In this document: positions 50,184 through 62,699 of the stretch, piece by piece
Layout of the letters: each line of letters begins with the position of its first letter
How positions within the stretch are numbered: the stretch's first letter is position 1
Assembly: GCF_018350175.1 (NCBI RefSeq)
Contig: NC_058368.1
Location: 16,680,001-16,744,000, forward strand
Direction: 5' to 3'
From: Felis catus
Taxonomy: Eukaryota
DNA length: 64,000 bases
Notes under the pieces: model-generated
What the model saw: the letters and a program-made list of their open reading frames with translations, nothing else
Told to the model about the DNA's origin: nothing
The model's database searches: none
Made by a program: the position numbers and the translations under genes

Positions 50184-52245
50184 CAGGCATACATCAGAGA
50201 TATTATGAGTTCCATGCCTGCCAGACCACCACCATAAAGCAAAATCACAATAAGCACCTCAAACGAATGCTTTGGTTTCCTAGGGCATGTGAAACCTATG
50301 ATTATACTATTAGGCGTGCAATAGCATTAAGTCCAAAAAAACAATGTAAATGCCTTAGTTAAAAAAAATACTATATTGGTAAAAAGTGCCAACCGTCATC
50401 TGAGCTCAGCGAGTTGTAACTTTCGCTGGTGGAGGGGCTTGGCTCCATGGTGATGGCTGCCGACTGATCATGGCAGTGCTTGCTGAAGGATGGGAGACTC
50501 ATTTTCTTAAAATGAGACAACAATGAAGTTTGCTGCATCGATTGACTCTTTTCTCATGAGTGATTTCTCTACAGCGTGAGATGCTATTTGATGGCATTTT
50601 ATGCACAGTAGATAACCTCTTTCAAAATTGGAGTCAATCCTCTCGAAACCTGCCACGGCTTTATCAACTAAGTTTGTGTGATAGTCTAAAGCCTTTGTTG
50701 TTGTTTCAACAATCATCACAGCGTCCTCACCAGGAGTGGATTCCATCTCAAGAAACCACTTTCGTTCCTCGTCCATAAGAAACAGCTCCTCATCCGTTCA
50801 CGTTCTATTATGAGATCACAGCAAAGCCATTCACCTTCACACACCACTTCTAGCTCTAATTCTCTCGCTGTTTCCACCACATCTGCAGTGACTGCCTCTG
50901 CTGAAGTCTGGAAGCCCTCAAAGTCATCCACGAGGTTGGGAATCAACTTTTGCCAAATTCCTGCGACTTCTTCCCATGAATCATCATTGTCCTTAATGGC
51001 ATCTGGGATGGTGACTCCTCTCCAGAAGGTTTCCAATTTACTTTGCTTTGATCCATCAGAGGAATCACTCTCTCTGACACCTATAGCTTTACAAAATCTA
51101 TTTCTTAAACAATAAGATTTGAAAGTCAAAATTATTCCTTGACCTACGGGTTGCAGAATGGATATTGTGCTAACAGGCATGAAAATAACATTAACCTCAT
51201 TGTACATCAATGAGTGCTTGGACCAGGTGTGTTCTCAATGCACAGTGAAAAAGAATCTTTTTTTCTGAGCAGAAGGTCTCTTCAATGGGCTTAAAATATT
51301 CAGTAAACCATGTTGTAAACAGATGTGCTGCCATCCAGGCTTTGTTGTTTCATTCATAGAGCACAGGCAGAATAGATTGAGCATAGTTTTTAAGAGTCTT
51401 GGGATTTTCTGAATGGTCAATGAACATTGGCTTCAACTTAAAGTCACCAGCTGCATTCGCCCCTAACAAAACAGTCAGCCCATCCTTTGAAGTTTGAAGC
51501 CAGTCATTGACTTAGCTTATGCTGTGAAAGTCCTAGATGATATCTTCTCCCAGTAGAAGGCTGTTTCATCTGCACTGAAACATAGCCACCTTCACTAATT
51601 GCCTCAGTGAGATCTCCTGGGTAATTTACTACAGCTTGTACATCAGCACTTGCTGCTTCACCTTGTACTTGTACGTTGTGGAGATGGCCTCTTTCCTTAA
51701 GCCTCATGAGCCAACCTCTGCCAGCTTCAAACTTTTCTTCTGAAGCTTCCTCATCTCTCTCAGCCTTCACAGAAATAAAGACGGTTAGAATCTTGCCCTG
51801 GATTAGGCTTTGGCTTAAGGGAATGTTATGACTGGTTTGATCTTCTGTCCAGACCACTCAAACTTCTCCATATCAGTAATAAGTGTTTTTCACTTTTTTC
51901 ATCATTCATGTGTTCACTGGGGTAGCACTTTTAATTTCCTCCAAGAGACTTTCCTTTGTATTAACAAGCTTGGCTGTTTGGCACAAGAGGCCTAGCTTTG
52001 GGCCTCAGTTCTCAACATGCCTTCCTCACTAAGCTTCATCATTTCCAGTTTTTGATTTATAGTGAGGGATGTGTGACTCTTCTCTTCACTTGATACTTCG
52101 AGGCTGTTCTAAGGTGATAACCTTATTCTGGCCTATTTCCTTATTGTGTCTCAGGTTATAGGGAGGCCCAAGGAAAGAGAGACAAAGAAACAGCTGGTCA
52201 ATGAAGCAGACAGAACACACACATTCACCAATAAATTTGGCACAA
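50184..52245 (-). mobile_element. Tigger1 DNA transposon fossil with frameshifted transposase (TIGD1-like peptides), one terminus missing
   Basis: TA plus CAGGCATAC TIR at 50184; ORF pieces [66 protein letters not shown] in several frames. Confidence 0.95.
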
Positions 52246-52251
52246 GGCTCC

Positions 52252-52380
52252 TCTCTTAGTCCGTTCAGTGTGCCATAGCAAATACCACAGACTGGGTAGG
52301 TAGCTTATAAACAGCAGAACTTTACTTCTCACAGTTCTGGAGGCTGGAAAGTCCAAGATCAGGGTGACAGCATGGTCTTA
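52252..52380 (-). mobile_element. MaLR LTR 3' end (MLT1A/B-like)
   Basis: cttagtccgttcag...aaataccacagactgggt...ttctcacagttctggaggctggaaagtccaagatcagg. Confidence 0.85.
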
Positions 52381-53150
52381 CAAGAACAGCTTTGCCAGTT
52401 ATTGTCTAGTCTGTATATTCTTTTTGGGAAAGATTGTTCTGCAAGATGGAAACAGTTGTTTAAGTGTGAAAGCACTCAACGGTCTCCTACCCACCGTTTC
52501 CTCCTTTCAGTGACAGCTGGCCCTGAGACAAAGTCATAAAAAATATAAACATGTTTTTATACGAAGTCATGTACAAATTTTGGTCTAAATAATATGAACT
52601 TTTAACAACAACACCTCTTCACCTGGTGTAACTCATTAATTGACCTCACAGACATCATCTCAGACATAAGAAAGATAGGTTCTATTTTCCCCAGTCTTTT
52701 TTACAAAACGGAAACAAATATGTTGGAAGACCACTATGTACTGGGCATAGTTGCTGTTGAAGAAATAACAAATCAAGTATCAGAGTAGTGACTAGTTTTG
52801 AGAGTGAAAGTGCTCAGTTCATGCTGTGCTATCAGTGTGGATAGGGAAGGATGCAGAGTCCACAGGGGAACACATCATTTCCGCATTGCTGATTGTGTCC
52901 CTGGGTGTGAGGGAGGTCACTCTTTGTTGAAATTAATGAGGTCACACCCTGAGCTTCCAGAACCTGGAGCACCATCGGTTTGATATCTGGGCAGAGGCTC
53001 AGGTAAACCTAACAACATGGGGAGAAGGAAGAATTTTGCTCCTGTCTGTACACATGAAAGGGTGCTGAAAACACTCAGGTTGCAAATGAGTGATCAAATC
53101 TGTGAACATTTATTTGGAGATAGAGGAGATTCATTCAAAGTTTCAAAACA

Positions 53151-53330
53151 AGGGTGCGTGGGTGGCTCACTCAGATAAGCATCCAACTCTTGATTTTGGC
53201 TCAGTCATGATCCCAGGATCCTGGGATCAAGCCCTGTGTCGGGCTCTGTGCTGAGCACGGAGCCTGTTTAAGATTCTCTCTCTCACTCTCTGCCCCTCTT
53301 TCCTGCTTGTGTGCACTCTCTAAGAAAAAA
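53151..53330 (+). mobile_element. Older Can-SINE
   Basis: TSD agtttcaaaacaa. Confidence 0.92.
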
Positions 53331-54459
53331 GAGTTTCAAAACAATATATTTTATATTAATATTTTTATGGATGTAACTATATATATAAATATACATATAT
53401 TACTAGTGGTAATAATTATGAACTATCATATCCATTTATTAATACCGTCTTACACGCTTACCTACATAATTTATAAGATAGAAGAGCGGGTTAGCTTTAT
53501 ATATTTGTAAATTTCACTTATAGTTTTAGAAAGATGCTTTATTGTTTTGTGATATTATTCCGGTCCACTCTGTTCCAAGATTGGTTTTGGGTTTTTCTCC
53601 CACTGTATTTGTTCATGACACATTTGTATATTGCGTTTTTGAAACAGAAATTTGATGACATAATATCATACTTAATTGTTATGGCCATTTGGTTGATACA
53701 CATCATCATTCATATCATCTTTACCTGGGATTTAAATTTAACAGTTTCAAACTGAAAGTAAGAATCCAATAACTTTTTTTTTTTTAATAAGGAGCATTCT
53801 GTACCCTATAGATTACATTTAAATGACACTTTCACAAGTTCACCATCTGACAGTTTCCTACCTCAACACATTTTAAAAATAAAGTGATATCTTCTATAGT
53901 AAGCTTTATTTGGAATGTACAGATCCGCAGAATGTTTAAAGGATTTTCTTTTAGTTTTTTTACCTTAATTTTAACTTCTACATGCGTATATATTATGTCT
54001 CCTTATAATATGGAATTAGAATAATGTAATCATTCCCAGATATTTAATAGGTTCCATGTGTGAGATACTAAGTAATGTGATTTTCACATATTTAAGCAAT
54101 AGAAAAAAAATAAAAAGAATTGAACAGTCTTTTAAATTCAGGATATTTATAGCACAAAGGCCTTGCTTGCCTTTTAGGATGATGATTTAGATATTTTTTT
54201 CTTCTGAATACCTGTTACTAAAATATTTTACCAAATTTGTTCTGGTGAGAAAAATCAAGAAGGAATATGATTATTTTAAGGAATTTGGGAAGAAACAATT
54301 CCTATGCCATTTGGTTTAAACTAAGACCTTGAGTAACAATGAGCAATTTTGCACTAAAAAGTATCTAAAAGACCAGTGAGAAGGTTTTCATCAATGTTCA
54401 TACGTGCCAAATTGGAATTATGCTAGGGATAGTTAAACTACTATTTCCTTTGATCTGCA

Positions 54460-54612
54460 AACGAGCCCTGAAAGGTAAATAGATTCGCCCATTTTACAGC
54501 ATGAATCTGAGGCTTAGAGACACTGCACATCTTGTTTAAGGTCAAGTGGTTGTCCAAGTACAGCCGGAACTCCAGCCCAAGTTCTAACAAACCCAGAACA
54601 TTTTCTACCATG
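54460..54612 (-). mobile_element. MIR
   Basis: cccattttacagcatgaatctgaggcttagaga...cttgtttaaggtca. Confidence 0.7.
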
Positions 54613-54858
54613 TCATAACCACCTGCTCTTAGGAATTGCTAACATATCCCTGGGTATTAGGACTATTAAGTTAGAGTTGCTTAAAGTATTATACTTTCCA
54701 AAATTAAAGGAGAGGATAGAGCTTTCTTTTATTAGAGTATAAATGCAAATGCTTTTCCAAATCATATACCACCAACAGGAAGCCTGCAGGAATTAATAAT
54801 TGTGCCAGCTATCAATCTTTTCATGCATAAAATTTAAAATTTGTTACTCTGCCTACAG

Positions 54859-54950
54859 ATGAAATGTCATTTTATGAAAAGCTAATTATATACACCCACA
54901 AGTCTGCCTGTCAACACCAAGGAGCCAATGGCAATCTGCAAGACTTAAAG
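54859..54950 (+). other. Candidate 92-bp internal exon of an unknown transcript
   Basis: Acceptor tttgttactctgcctacag| and donor AAG|GTGAGT; the phase-1 frame is open (xEMSFYEKLIIYTHKSACQHQGANGNLQDLK). Confidence 0.3.
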
Positions 54951-55567
54951 GTGAGTATAATATTAAAATCACTTGAACATAGACATAAAATTACATAGTT
55001 TATTCAAACCATGTTGAATATCAATAGAATTTAATTTTAGAATGGATCATAGGCTTTAGGAGTCACACAATGAAGGATAATTTGAATGACACTAGAACTC
55101 ATCCTGACTTACCTAACTGCAAGATCAAGGACTCTGAGGGCCAGAGAGAAAGTGAATTGCTCCTGCCTGGGTAGACGTGGGTTGACAGGCAACCTTTTTT
55201 GGTGCTTTCATCTCAGGGATTAGCCAGTATTTACTTCACCCTTAATCCCCACTCGGTGCCTGAAGTTGTATAAGGATTATTCACTTATGTATTTAAATCG
55301 ATTGTAAGTCATTCCAGGAAATAGCCAAGAGAATTTACAAACACAATTTTAAAATATGGAATAAACTTAAAAGGAGGCGTAAAAGAAGAGATAAAAACAA
55401 GGATTGATTTACAAACAGATCCAGGAATGAGATAGCAAAACGCATGCAGTTTTAAATTGACTTCAAATTTGGCTGTAAACTTCGTGGTACAAATGCAAGA
55501 ATTAAAAACTGATCTGGTAGGTAGTTTACCGTATCCCTGAGGCAAGATTCATGCTTACTCCTGATGA

Positions 55568-55768
55568 CAGTGATGTGCAGGAGCTGAATCGCACCAGCCC
55601 AACCACGTCATGGGACTCTGTTACAAGCATCTTTTCCAAACTCTGAGGCCAGTGACGTCACACTGGTATCTTGAAATCAGCTACTGAGAAAGAATCGGCA
55701 CATGCTGCAAATGAGGGGTTCTTGTTCCCTAGAGAGATAGGTGTCAAACATTCACCAGCACACCACTA
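55568..55768. mobile_element. MER63A (hAT-Blackjack) MITE
   Basis: TIRs cagtgatgtgc and gcacaccacta; internal cagtgacgtcacactggtatcttgaaatcagc. Confidence 0.8.
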
Positions 55769-56036
55769 CTTAAAGGTCTTTTCAGGACACACATAGACAC
55801 ACACCTTATAGTGTCCTTTACATTAGCGTAAGTCAAAGATACAATTCAGTAAAAAAAAATCTCATGGGGCGCCAATGTGTTGTAGTCTGGATACTCTCAT
55901 CATGGTTGTAAGAACTGAAGTGTAGATGGTAGATTCTGTGGAAAAAAAGTGATGAAACGCATGTGCTTATTTAAATGTTTTCCTCTAAGCTGAGTATCAG
56001 TCAATACTGGGCAGTAATCAGTTCACACAATACTCT

Positions 56037-56039
<3 letters not shown>

Positions 56040-56070
<31 letters not shown>
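56040..56070. repeat. (GT)n microsatellite
   Basis: Direct inspection. Confidence 0.95.
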
Positions 56071-56072
<2 letters not shown>

Positions 56073-56127
56073 CAACTTGGATTGGATAACACATGGATTA
56101 TGTATGGAAGGCGACTTTTAGTTTTCT

Positions 56128-56319
56128 TCATTTTAATTTTTTTAAATATTTATTCATTTTTGAGAGAGAGACAGAGTGGGAGTGGGGGAGGGGCAGAGAA
56201 AGAGGGCGACAGAATGCGAAGCAGGCTCCAGGCTCTGAGCTGTCAGCCCAGAGCCCCATGCGGGGCTCAAACTCATGAACCGAAGTTGGATGCTTAATGG
56301 ACTGAGCCACCCAGGCACC
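56128..56319 (-). mobile_element. Can-SINE
   Basis: Reverse-complement SINE with a small internal deletion. Confidence 0.93.
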
Positions 56320-56360
56320 ACTGGAATGCAACTTTTAAAGTATATGCCACCATGTTTTTC

Positions 56361-57057
56361 ATCCCCAAAATAAATAATCCAATTAAAAAATGGGCAGAAG
56401 ATATGAAAGCACATTTTTCCAAGGCAAACATCCAGATGGCCAACAAAAACATGAAAAGATGCTCATTGTCACTCATCATCAGGGAAATACAAATCAAAAC
56501 TACAATGAGATATCACCTCACATCTGTCAGAATGACTAAAATCAACAACACAAGAAACAACAGGTTTTGGTGAGGATGTAGAAAAAGAGCAACCCTTAGG
56601 AGACCTGGGTGGCTCAGTGGGTTAAGTGTCAGACTTCAGCTTAGGTCATGATCTCATGGTTTGTGGGTTCGAGCCCCATGTCAGGCTCTGTGCTGACAGC
56701 TCAGAGCCTGGAGCCTGCTTTGGATTCTCTCTGTCTCTCTCTGCCCCTCCCCCACTTGCAATCTGTTTCTCTCAAAAATAAATAAAAATTAAAAAAAAAA
56801 GAGCAATCTTGCACTGTTGATGGGAATGCAAACTGGTACAGCTGTGGAAACAGGATGGAGTGTCCTCAAAAAGTTAAAAATAGAGCTTCCCTGTGACCCA
56901 GGAATTTCTCTACTAGGTAGTTATCCAAAGGATACAAAAATACAGATTTGAAGGGGTACATGCACCTTGATGTACATAGCAACATTATCTATACTAGCCA
57001 AATATGGAAAAAGTCCAAGTGTTCATCAATTAATGAATGTATACGGAAGATGTGGTA

Positions 57058-57102
<45 letters not shown>

Positions 57103-57364
57103 CATACATATATATATATACATACATATTACATATGTGTGTGGTGGAATATTAATCAGCCATAAAAAAGAATGAAATCTTGATATTTGCAACGTGAATG
57201 GAGCTAGAGAGTATTATGCTAAATAATAAGTCAGAGGAAGACAAACACCATGTGGTTTCACTCATATGTGGAATTTAAGAAACAAAACAAATGAACAAAG
57301 GGGAAAGAGAGAGAGAGAGAAGCAAACCAAGAAACAGACTCTTAACTAAAAAAAAAAAAGAAAA
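56361..57364 (+). mobile_element. 5'-truncated carnivore L1 (ORF2 C-terminus, 3'UTR, A tail)
   Basis: [17 protein letters not shown]...[24 protein letters not shown] is the L1 ORF2 C-terminus; degenerate TSD aaagta...gccaccatgt. Confidence 0.92.
56598..56800 (+). mobile_element. Can-SINE inserted in L1
   Basis: TSD aaaaagagcaa. Confidence 0.95.
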
Positions 57365-57384
57365 AAAGTAGAAGCCACCATGTC

Positions 57385-58396
57385 TTCAACAGACACCCTC
57401 ACAGAAGTGAAAAGACAATCCACAGAATGGAAAAAAATATTTCCAAATCATATATCTGATATGGAACTTGTACCTAGAACATGTAAGAAGACCTTATAAC
57501 TCAATAATAAAAAAAGATCTAAAACTCAATTTAAAAATGGGTAAAATATGCAAATAGACATTTCTTTAAAGAAGAGATACAAATGGCCAATAAGCCTATG
57601 AAAAGGTATTCAGCAATATTAATCATTAGAGAAATGTAATTCAGAACTATGAGATACCACCTCACGTATACTAAAATGGCTATAACAAAAAAGATATTAA
57701 CAAATGTTGACGATGAAGTGGGGAAACCAGAACCTTCATATGCTTTTGATGAGAATATAAAATGTTCCATTTCATTGGAAAACAGTCTGGAAATTCCCCG
57801 AAAGTTCAAATCTAGAGTTACCCTATGAGCCAACAATTTCACTTTTAGATATACACCCAATTGGAATGGTAACACGTTAACACAAAAACTGGTACATGAA
57901 TGTTCATAGCCTCATTATTTATTAAAGCCAAAAAGTGGAAACAACCAAAACGTCCATCAACTGAACAGGTGATGAAAATGTAGTATATCCATATAGTGGA
58001 ATATTATTTATCAAGAAAAAGAAATGAAATACTGATACTAGCTATAACATAGATGAACTTTGAGACTATTGTGCTAAGTGACAGAAACCAGTGACAAAAG
58101 AAATCACATTGTATGATTCCATTTATATGAAAAGTCCGGAATTGGCAAATATAAGACAGGAAGTACATTAGTTATTGCCTATGGCTGGAAGCAAAGGTAT
58201 AATGGAGGGTCAGTACTAATGGATATGAGGTTTTCTTAGGGATGATGAAAATATTTTAAAATTTGTTTTAATGATGGTAGCTTACCTTTGTGAAGATATG
58301 ATGTCTATGTATACTAAAAACTATTGATATTACCCTTTAAATGCATGAATCATAAGGTACATGAATTGTTTCTCATTAAAACCATTATTTAAAAAA
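57385..58396 (+). mobile_element. L1MB-like ORF2 3' end and 3'UTR
   Basis: gtgaaaagacaatccacagaatgg, agccaaaaagtggaaacaaccaaaacgtccatcaactga, ttgtatgattccatttatatgaaa. Confidence 0.88.
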
Positions 58397-60264
58397 GAGT
58401 CAGTGCCATCAGTCTTCCAAGGAACTAACCGTCACTATTATGGTGATTCCACTCAATTCACATCATTATGTTCTTGAGTCAACCCTGTGTTTCCAGATAA
58501 GGTAGACATAATGACATAGAAAGCACAACATCTGAGGTAGAGGAAATTTATTTTTTATCCTGGCTTTTCTGCTTAGTATTTGTATTGCCTTTATACTCAT
58601 CTTTGTAAATTATTTCCCTCCCTTGGTCCACTCAAATGGAAAACAGGTCAATTAAACTACATGTTTTCTAAGATGACTTCTAGAAGCGTGGAATACCATA
58701 AAGGATATGGTGGATGACCAGATTTAAACAGTGGATATTTTATAGCCTTCAATAGTAGATCTATATCAAAAGTGATATGAAACTGATATAGACTCCTCAT
58801 TCAGATACGTAAGAGGCAACGCTTTTCTCTTGTCCCTGAGCAAGTGATAAGGATATTTTTAAAGATAAAAGTTAACTTCTTTGTCCATTTATTTGTCCAT
58901 TTATTTTTTTTCCTATTTTTTTCCATGTAGATCTCATCTCTGCCATTTGCTATTTGCATGACTACCTATTAAATGGGGATATAATTGTACTTGATGAATT
59001 ATCATGATGACTAGTTGAGATAGTCCCATTACCTGAGAAAGGGTAGATTTTTGAGAAATGTTTGTTTTTATTACAAAAGAAAAATCTTCAGTACTAGGCT
59101 GTCCAGTACAAAAAAATAATTCCATCCTACATAGGACATTTCGCACTCAGTTTCACTTACTGGGGACCAAGCTGACTTCTAGGTTTGTGATAAAATCTGA
59201 GCTAAACATTAACATCTGTAGGATTCCAAGGACCTAAGCCAAAACCTCTCTAACTGGCCTCTGATCCAGTCAACTATCCAGTCAGCATCTTGGCGTGCTT
59301 AAAGAATACTTATATGAGTTTACAGAGGTTGCTTGGGTATTTATATTTATTCTTTGGTTATTCAACAGTTCCATGTGAATCAAAGCTGTGCCATATTGTA
59401 AAAACTTTATATACTTCCTGACAACTTTTTCAATAATCAGTCATAACTTCAGATATTTAACACATCAATAACTGAGAAAATTTTAAATATATTTTGCAAT
59501 CACATGGAATTGGAACTAATAAATAATAGTTCATTTATAAAAACATAAGTGTGAGTATATGTAAATACTTTGAGATCCCCATTTCAATTCAGTACTATTG
59601 TAGATCCACATAAATGGTGTGTTTATTAATCAATTTTATTGGACTTTCTGTATTTAACTGCTTAAATGTTTCTTTTCCTCAGCAACGTTCTTGAAAGTGA
59701 GATTTCATGTTTTAGTTTTTTTCAAAATGTTGCATATGTTTAATTATTAAATATATTTAGAGATAACACGCATCTTCTGTGTACCACATAACTTGATGTC
59801 TATTTGATGCACAATAAATTAAAAGGTAAGCACGACTATCTCTTTGCGATGTCTACCCTATTTCTATAGATCAAAATTGTTGAGTGCTTAATTAATTTGT
59901 TAGAAAAAAATCACTAAAAATCTACCAAAATTAAACTTAGAATAATTTATCAGTGACATAAAATGTTTAGGGATATTTTATATGTAAGAAAGAGTAACTT
60001 TATTTTTGAAAATAAAAAGAGGCTGGAACGTGATCCTCTTGAAACCTATTTGGTTTTTAAAGTAAAGAGCAATATCAATGGAGTTAGAAAACATGGGTCT
60101 TAGTGTTGATTTTTATCACTAAGTAGATGTGTATCATTGAACTGATAAGTGCCTCAGCTTTATTACGTGTAAATGAGAGAATTAGACAAATTCCAAATTT
60201 CATGCTGCCTGTAAAATTTTTATTATTTGATATAAACACTTTCTTAAAAATACTCTTTTTCAGT

Positions 60265-60474
60265 TTCTTTCTAAAAAAATTTTTAAAGTGTTTATTTATT
60301 TTGGGGGCACCTGGGTGGCTCAGTCGGTTTAGCGTCTGACTTTGGCTCAGGTCATGATCTCACGGTTCCGTGAGTTCGAGCCCCGCGTCCAGCTCTGTGC
60401 TATCAGCACAGAGCCCAGTGCAAAGCTCCAACTCAGGAACCAGGAGATCATGACCTGAGCCACCCAGGCACCCC
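60265..60474. mobile_element. Fold-back composite of two opposite Can-SINE halves
   Basis: Minus tail at 60265-60302, plus head at 60303-60401, minus head at 60405-60474. Confidence 0.9.
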
Positions 60475-60699
60475 ACCCTTTTCCAGTTCCCTCCAACTAA
60501 ACACTTGTCCCCACTTCTCTAGCTACATTGGCTAAAAAACAAAACAAAACAAACACAAAAACAAAAACAAAACAAAACCAAGAAAATTCTCCAGTTAGTT
60601 TAGATCTCTTTCATCAGGAAAAGAAAACCTAAATGGAAATTGCTTATCAAAATATGAGCAGGGGCCACAGCACGCTATGACAGGTGGCACTTGCCTTCC

Positions 60700-61500
60700 A
60701 GAGAAACGAAAAGCAGCTCATACTTTCATTTTAAAAAAAAGGTGGCAGGTCACAGTTGCAAAGCCAACTTTCGGACTTTTGAAATGCTTTCATTTTGGAG
60801 CTTCCCAGGAAGAAACGCAACCACCTTCCCCGGGAGCTATAGCCGCAGGGTGTGTCTACTCGGGAACACAGAATGGAAAAAATAAAGGTACATGTGATTG
60901 CGTACACAGAATGACAAGCTTCATGCTGCCTTATGCACTCTGCTGCTGTAAACAGAACCTATAATCTCAGGTGGTGGAAAGGGGAGAGAATACATGCATG
61001 TTTTAGGAAGATCTTTAGATTCATCCCCCAAATACATTTTTGGTTTATAAGGCAAGCTTTAAAGGAAGCTATTTAAATGTGCCACATGACTGTATTCTCA
61101 TTAAGCATACCGATACATTGCAGATCTAATCATTTTCATGTCGAAAATTCCCAGTTTAAAGCTAAAGAGCGATGATTTTAAATATCTTTCTGCTGTTTAA
61201 GTTGGATTCTTTTCCAGATCATTAATGCCTCCTGGGGAGGAAAAAAGAGGAGTCAAAAAAAAAAAAAAATCTTATTGAAGCTGTTCTTGTAATTAGGGTG
61301 AAATATAAAGTTTACAGTACCACGAAGACAAATGAAAGAGCTAGTCAAAAGTGAAGAAGTAACACCATTCATTAAAAGTAAGCCTCAAAAACACACACAA
61401 AAAAACAAAAAACAAAAAACAAAACAAACAAACAAAAAAAACAAGCCTCAGCCCCTTACACCGCAGCCCCTACACAGTACTGTGGAAATTTCCTGGAAGC
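60700..61500. promoter_or_regulatory. Candidate cytokine-responsive enhancer (IRF, STAT and NF-kB motifs)
   Basis: GAAACGAAA at 60703, two (A/G)CTTTCATTTT at 60722 and 60786, TTCCCAGGAA at 60802, GGAAATTTCC at 61484 overlapping TTCCTGGAA at 61490. Confidence 0.3.
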
Positions 61501-61774
61501 CTCTTGAAGCAGCCTCCCGGAACCCTTGTTTGGACTGTGGTCCAGAGATTCAAAAGGTTTCCCATAAAACCCAGCTAACGAGAGTCCTTTGGATCCACCG
61601 TTTAGATGAGGTTCCTGAGTTATATGGTTAATTATAACTCTTTTATCCCTCACTTTGATCCTCCCCCCCTTCTCTTTCCTATGCATGAACACACAAAACT
61701 TCATTAAACATAGGAGTGTGGTACATCAGAAAGTCTTACAATAGAAATTTTTAAATATATGGATTTTTTACTAT

Positions 61775-61900
61775 TTTATTCATCACTAACTAGGTGTGAT
61801 ATTTAATGCAAGCAAACTAGCTCTTTAAGCCTCCTTTCCTCCCTTCAAAATAGAGACATATTTTACATTCCTTCATTAGGGTGTTGTGAGGCATGCCTGA
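61775..61900 (+). mobile_element. MIR fragment
   Basis: catcactaactaggtgtga...ctctttaagcctcctttcctc...cttcattagggtgttgtgagg. Confidence 0.6.
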
Positions 61901-62699
61901 TAATATGGCATTACTGAGAACCCCGAGTCAAAACACTCATGCCATAGAGGAGAAAAAAGACAGTGACTCATATTCTCAGGATACAAATATAAAGGTGGTT
62001 AAGCTTTTCCAATATTGTCTCTAATAGAGTATCAGTAAAATACTTCTATAGCTTAATAAGTAAAATCTACGGGATACTGCTTAATTTTATTTTGGTGATT
62101 CAAGGTTTGTTGTGCCAAGAAATCATAATGGTGACTATTAATCTTTCTTTTATAATTCTGCAGATGTAAAAAGTCACTGGAGATTGGATTGGATATGTAT
62201 GGACTCCAGGTCGTATGCTGAAAAATATTTCTCTATCACTATACAATGTGCGCTTTTTTCCTTCGTATTTATCTCTTTCTTCTGAAGACCTTATTATTTC
62301 AAACCACATAGGATTAAGATTTTCAAGCCACATAAGACCTGGCATATTAAAAGATATGTCTTGGATATCATTAGATTTTCCTTAATGTTGTCACAACCAA
62401 AATATATACAATGACTGATTGTTGGTATTGGAAAGCAATCAATGCAGGATTATGGTTTTGAAAGAAGGAAGCATTGGAGGTTAGGACCACATGCATTCCA
62501 GCTTCCCTCCAAGATCATTTTTCAATTATTAAGCTGCTACATAGAGCCCAAGACAAGAGTGGAAGTCTCACTAGGCAGAGGGAAGAGAAAGAGTGTTCCA
62601 AGGTGCCTAAGTGGTTGGAATAGTAGGGGAAGGATAGGAAAAGGAGCCACAAATTCTCCTTGGGTCCTTGGCCAATTGGTAAATTGTTAATGCACAGTG

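Noticed and set aside
50507..51857. Functional TIGD1-like gene
   Set aside because: The transposase is broken into several frames with stops, so this is a dead Tigger1 copy
56352..56573. 73-aa ORF as a gene
   Set aside because: It is the L1 ORF2 C-terminal remnant
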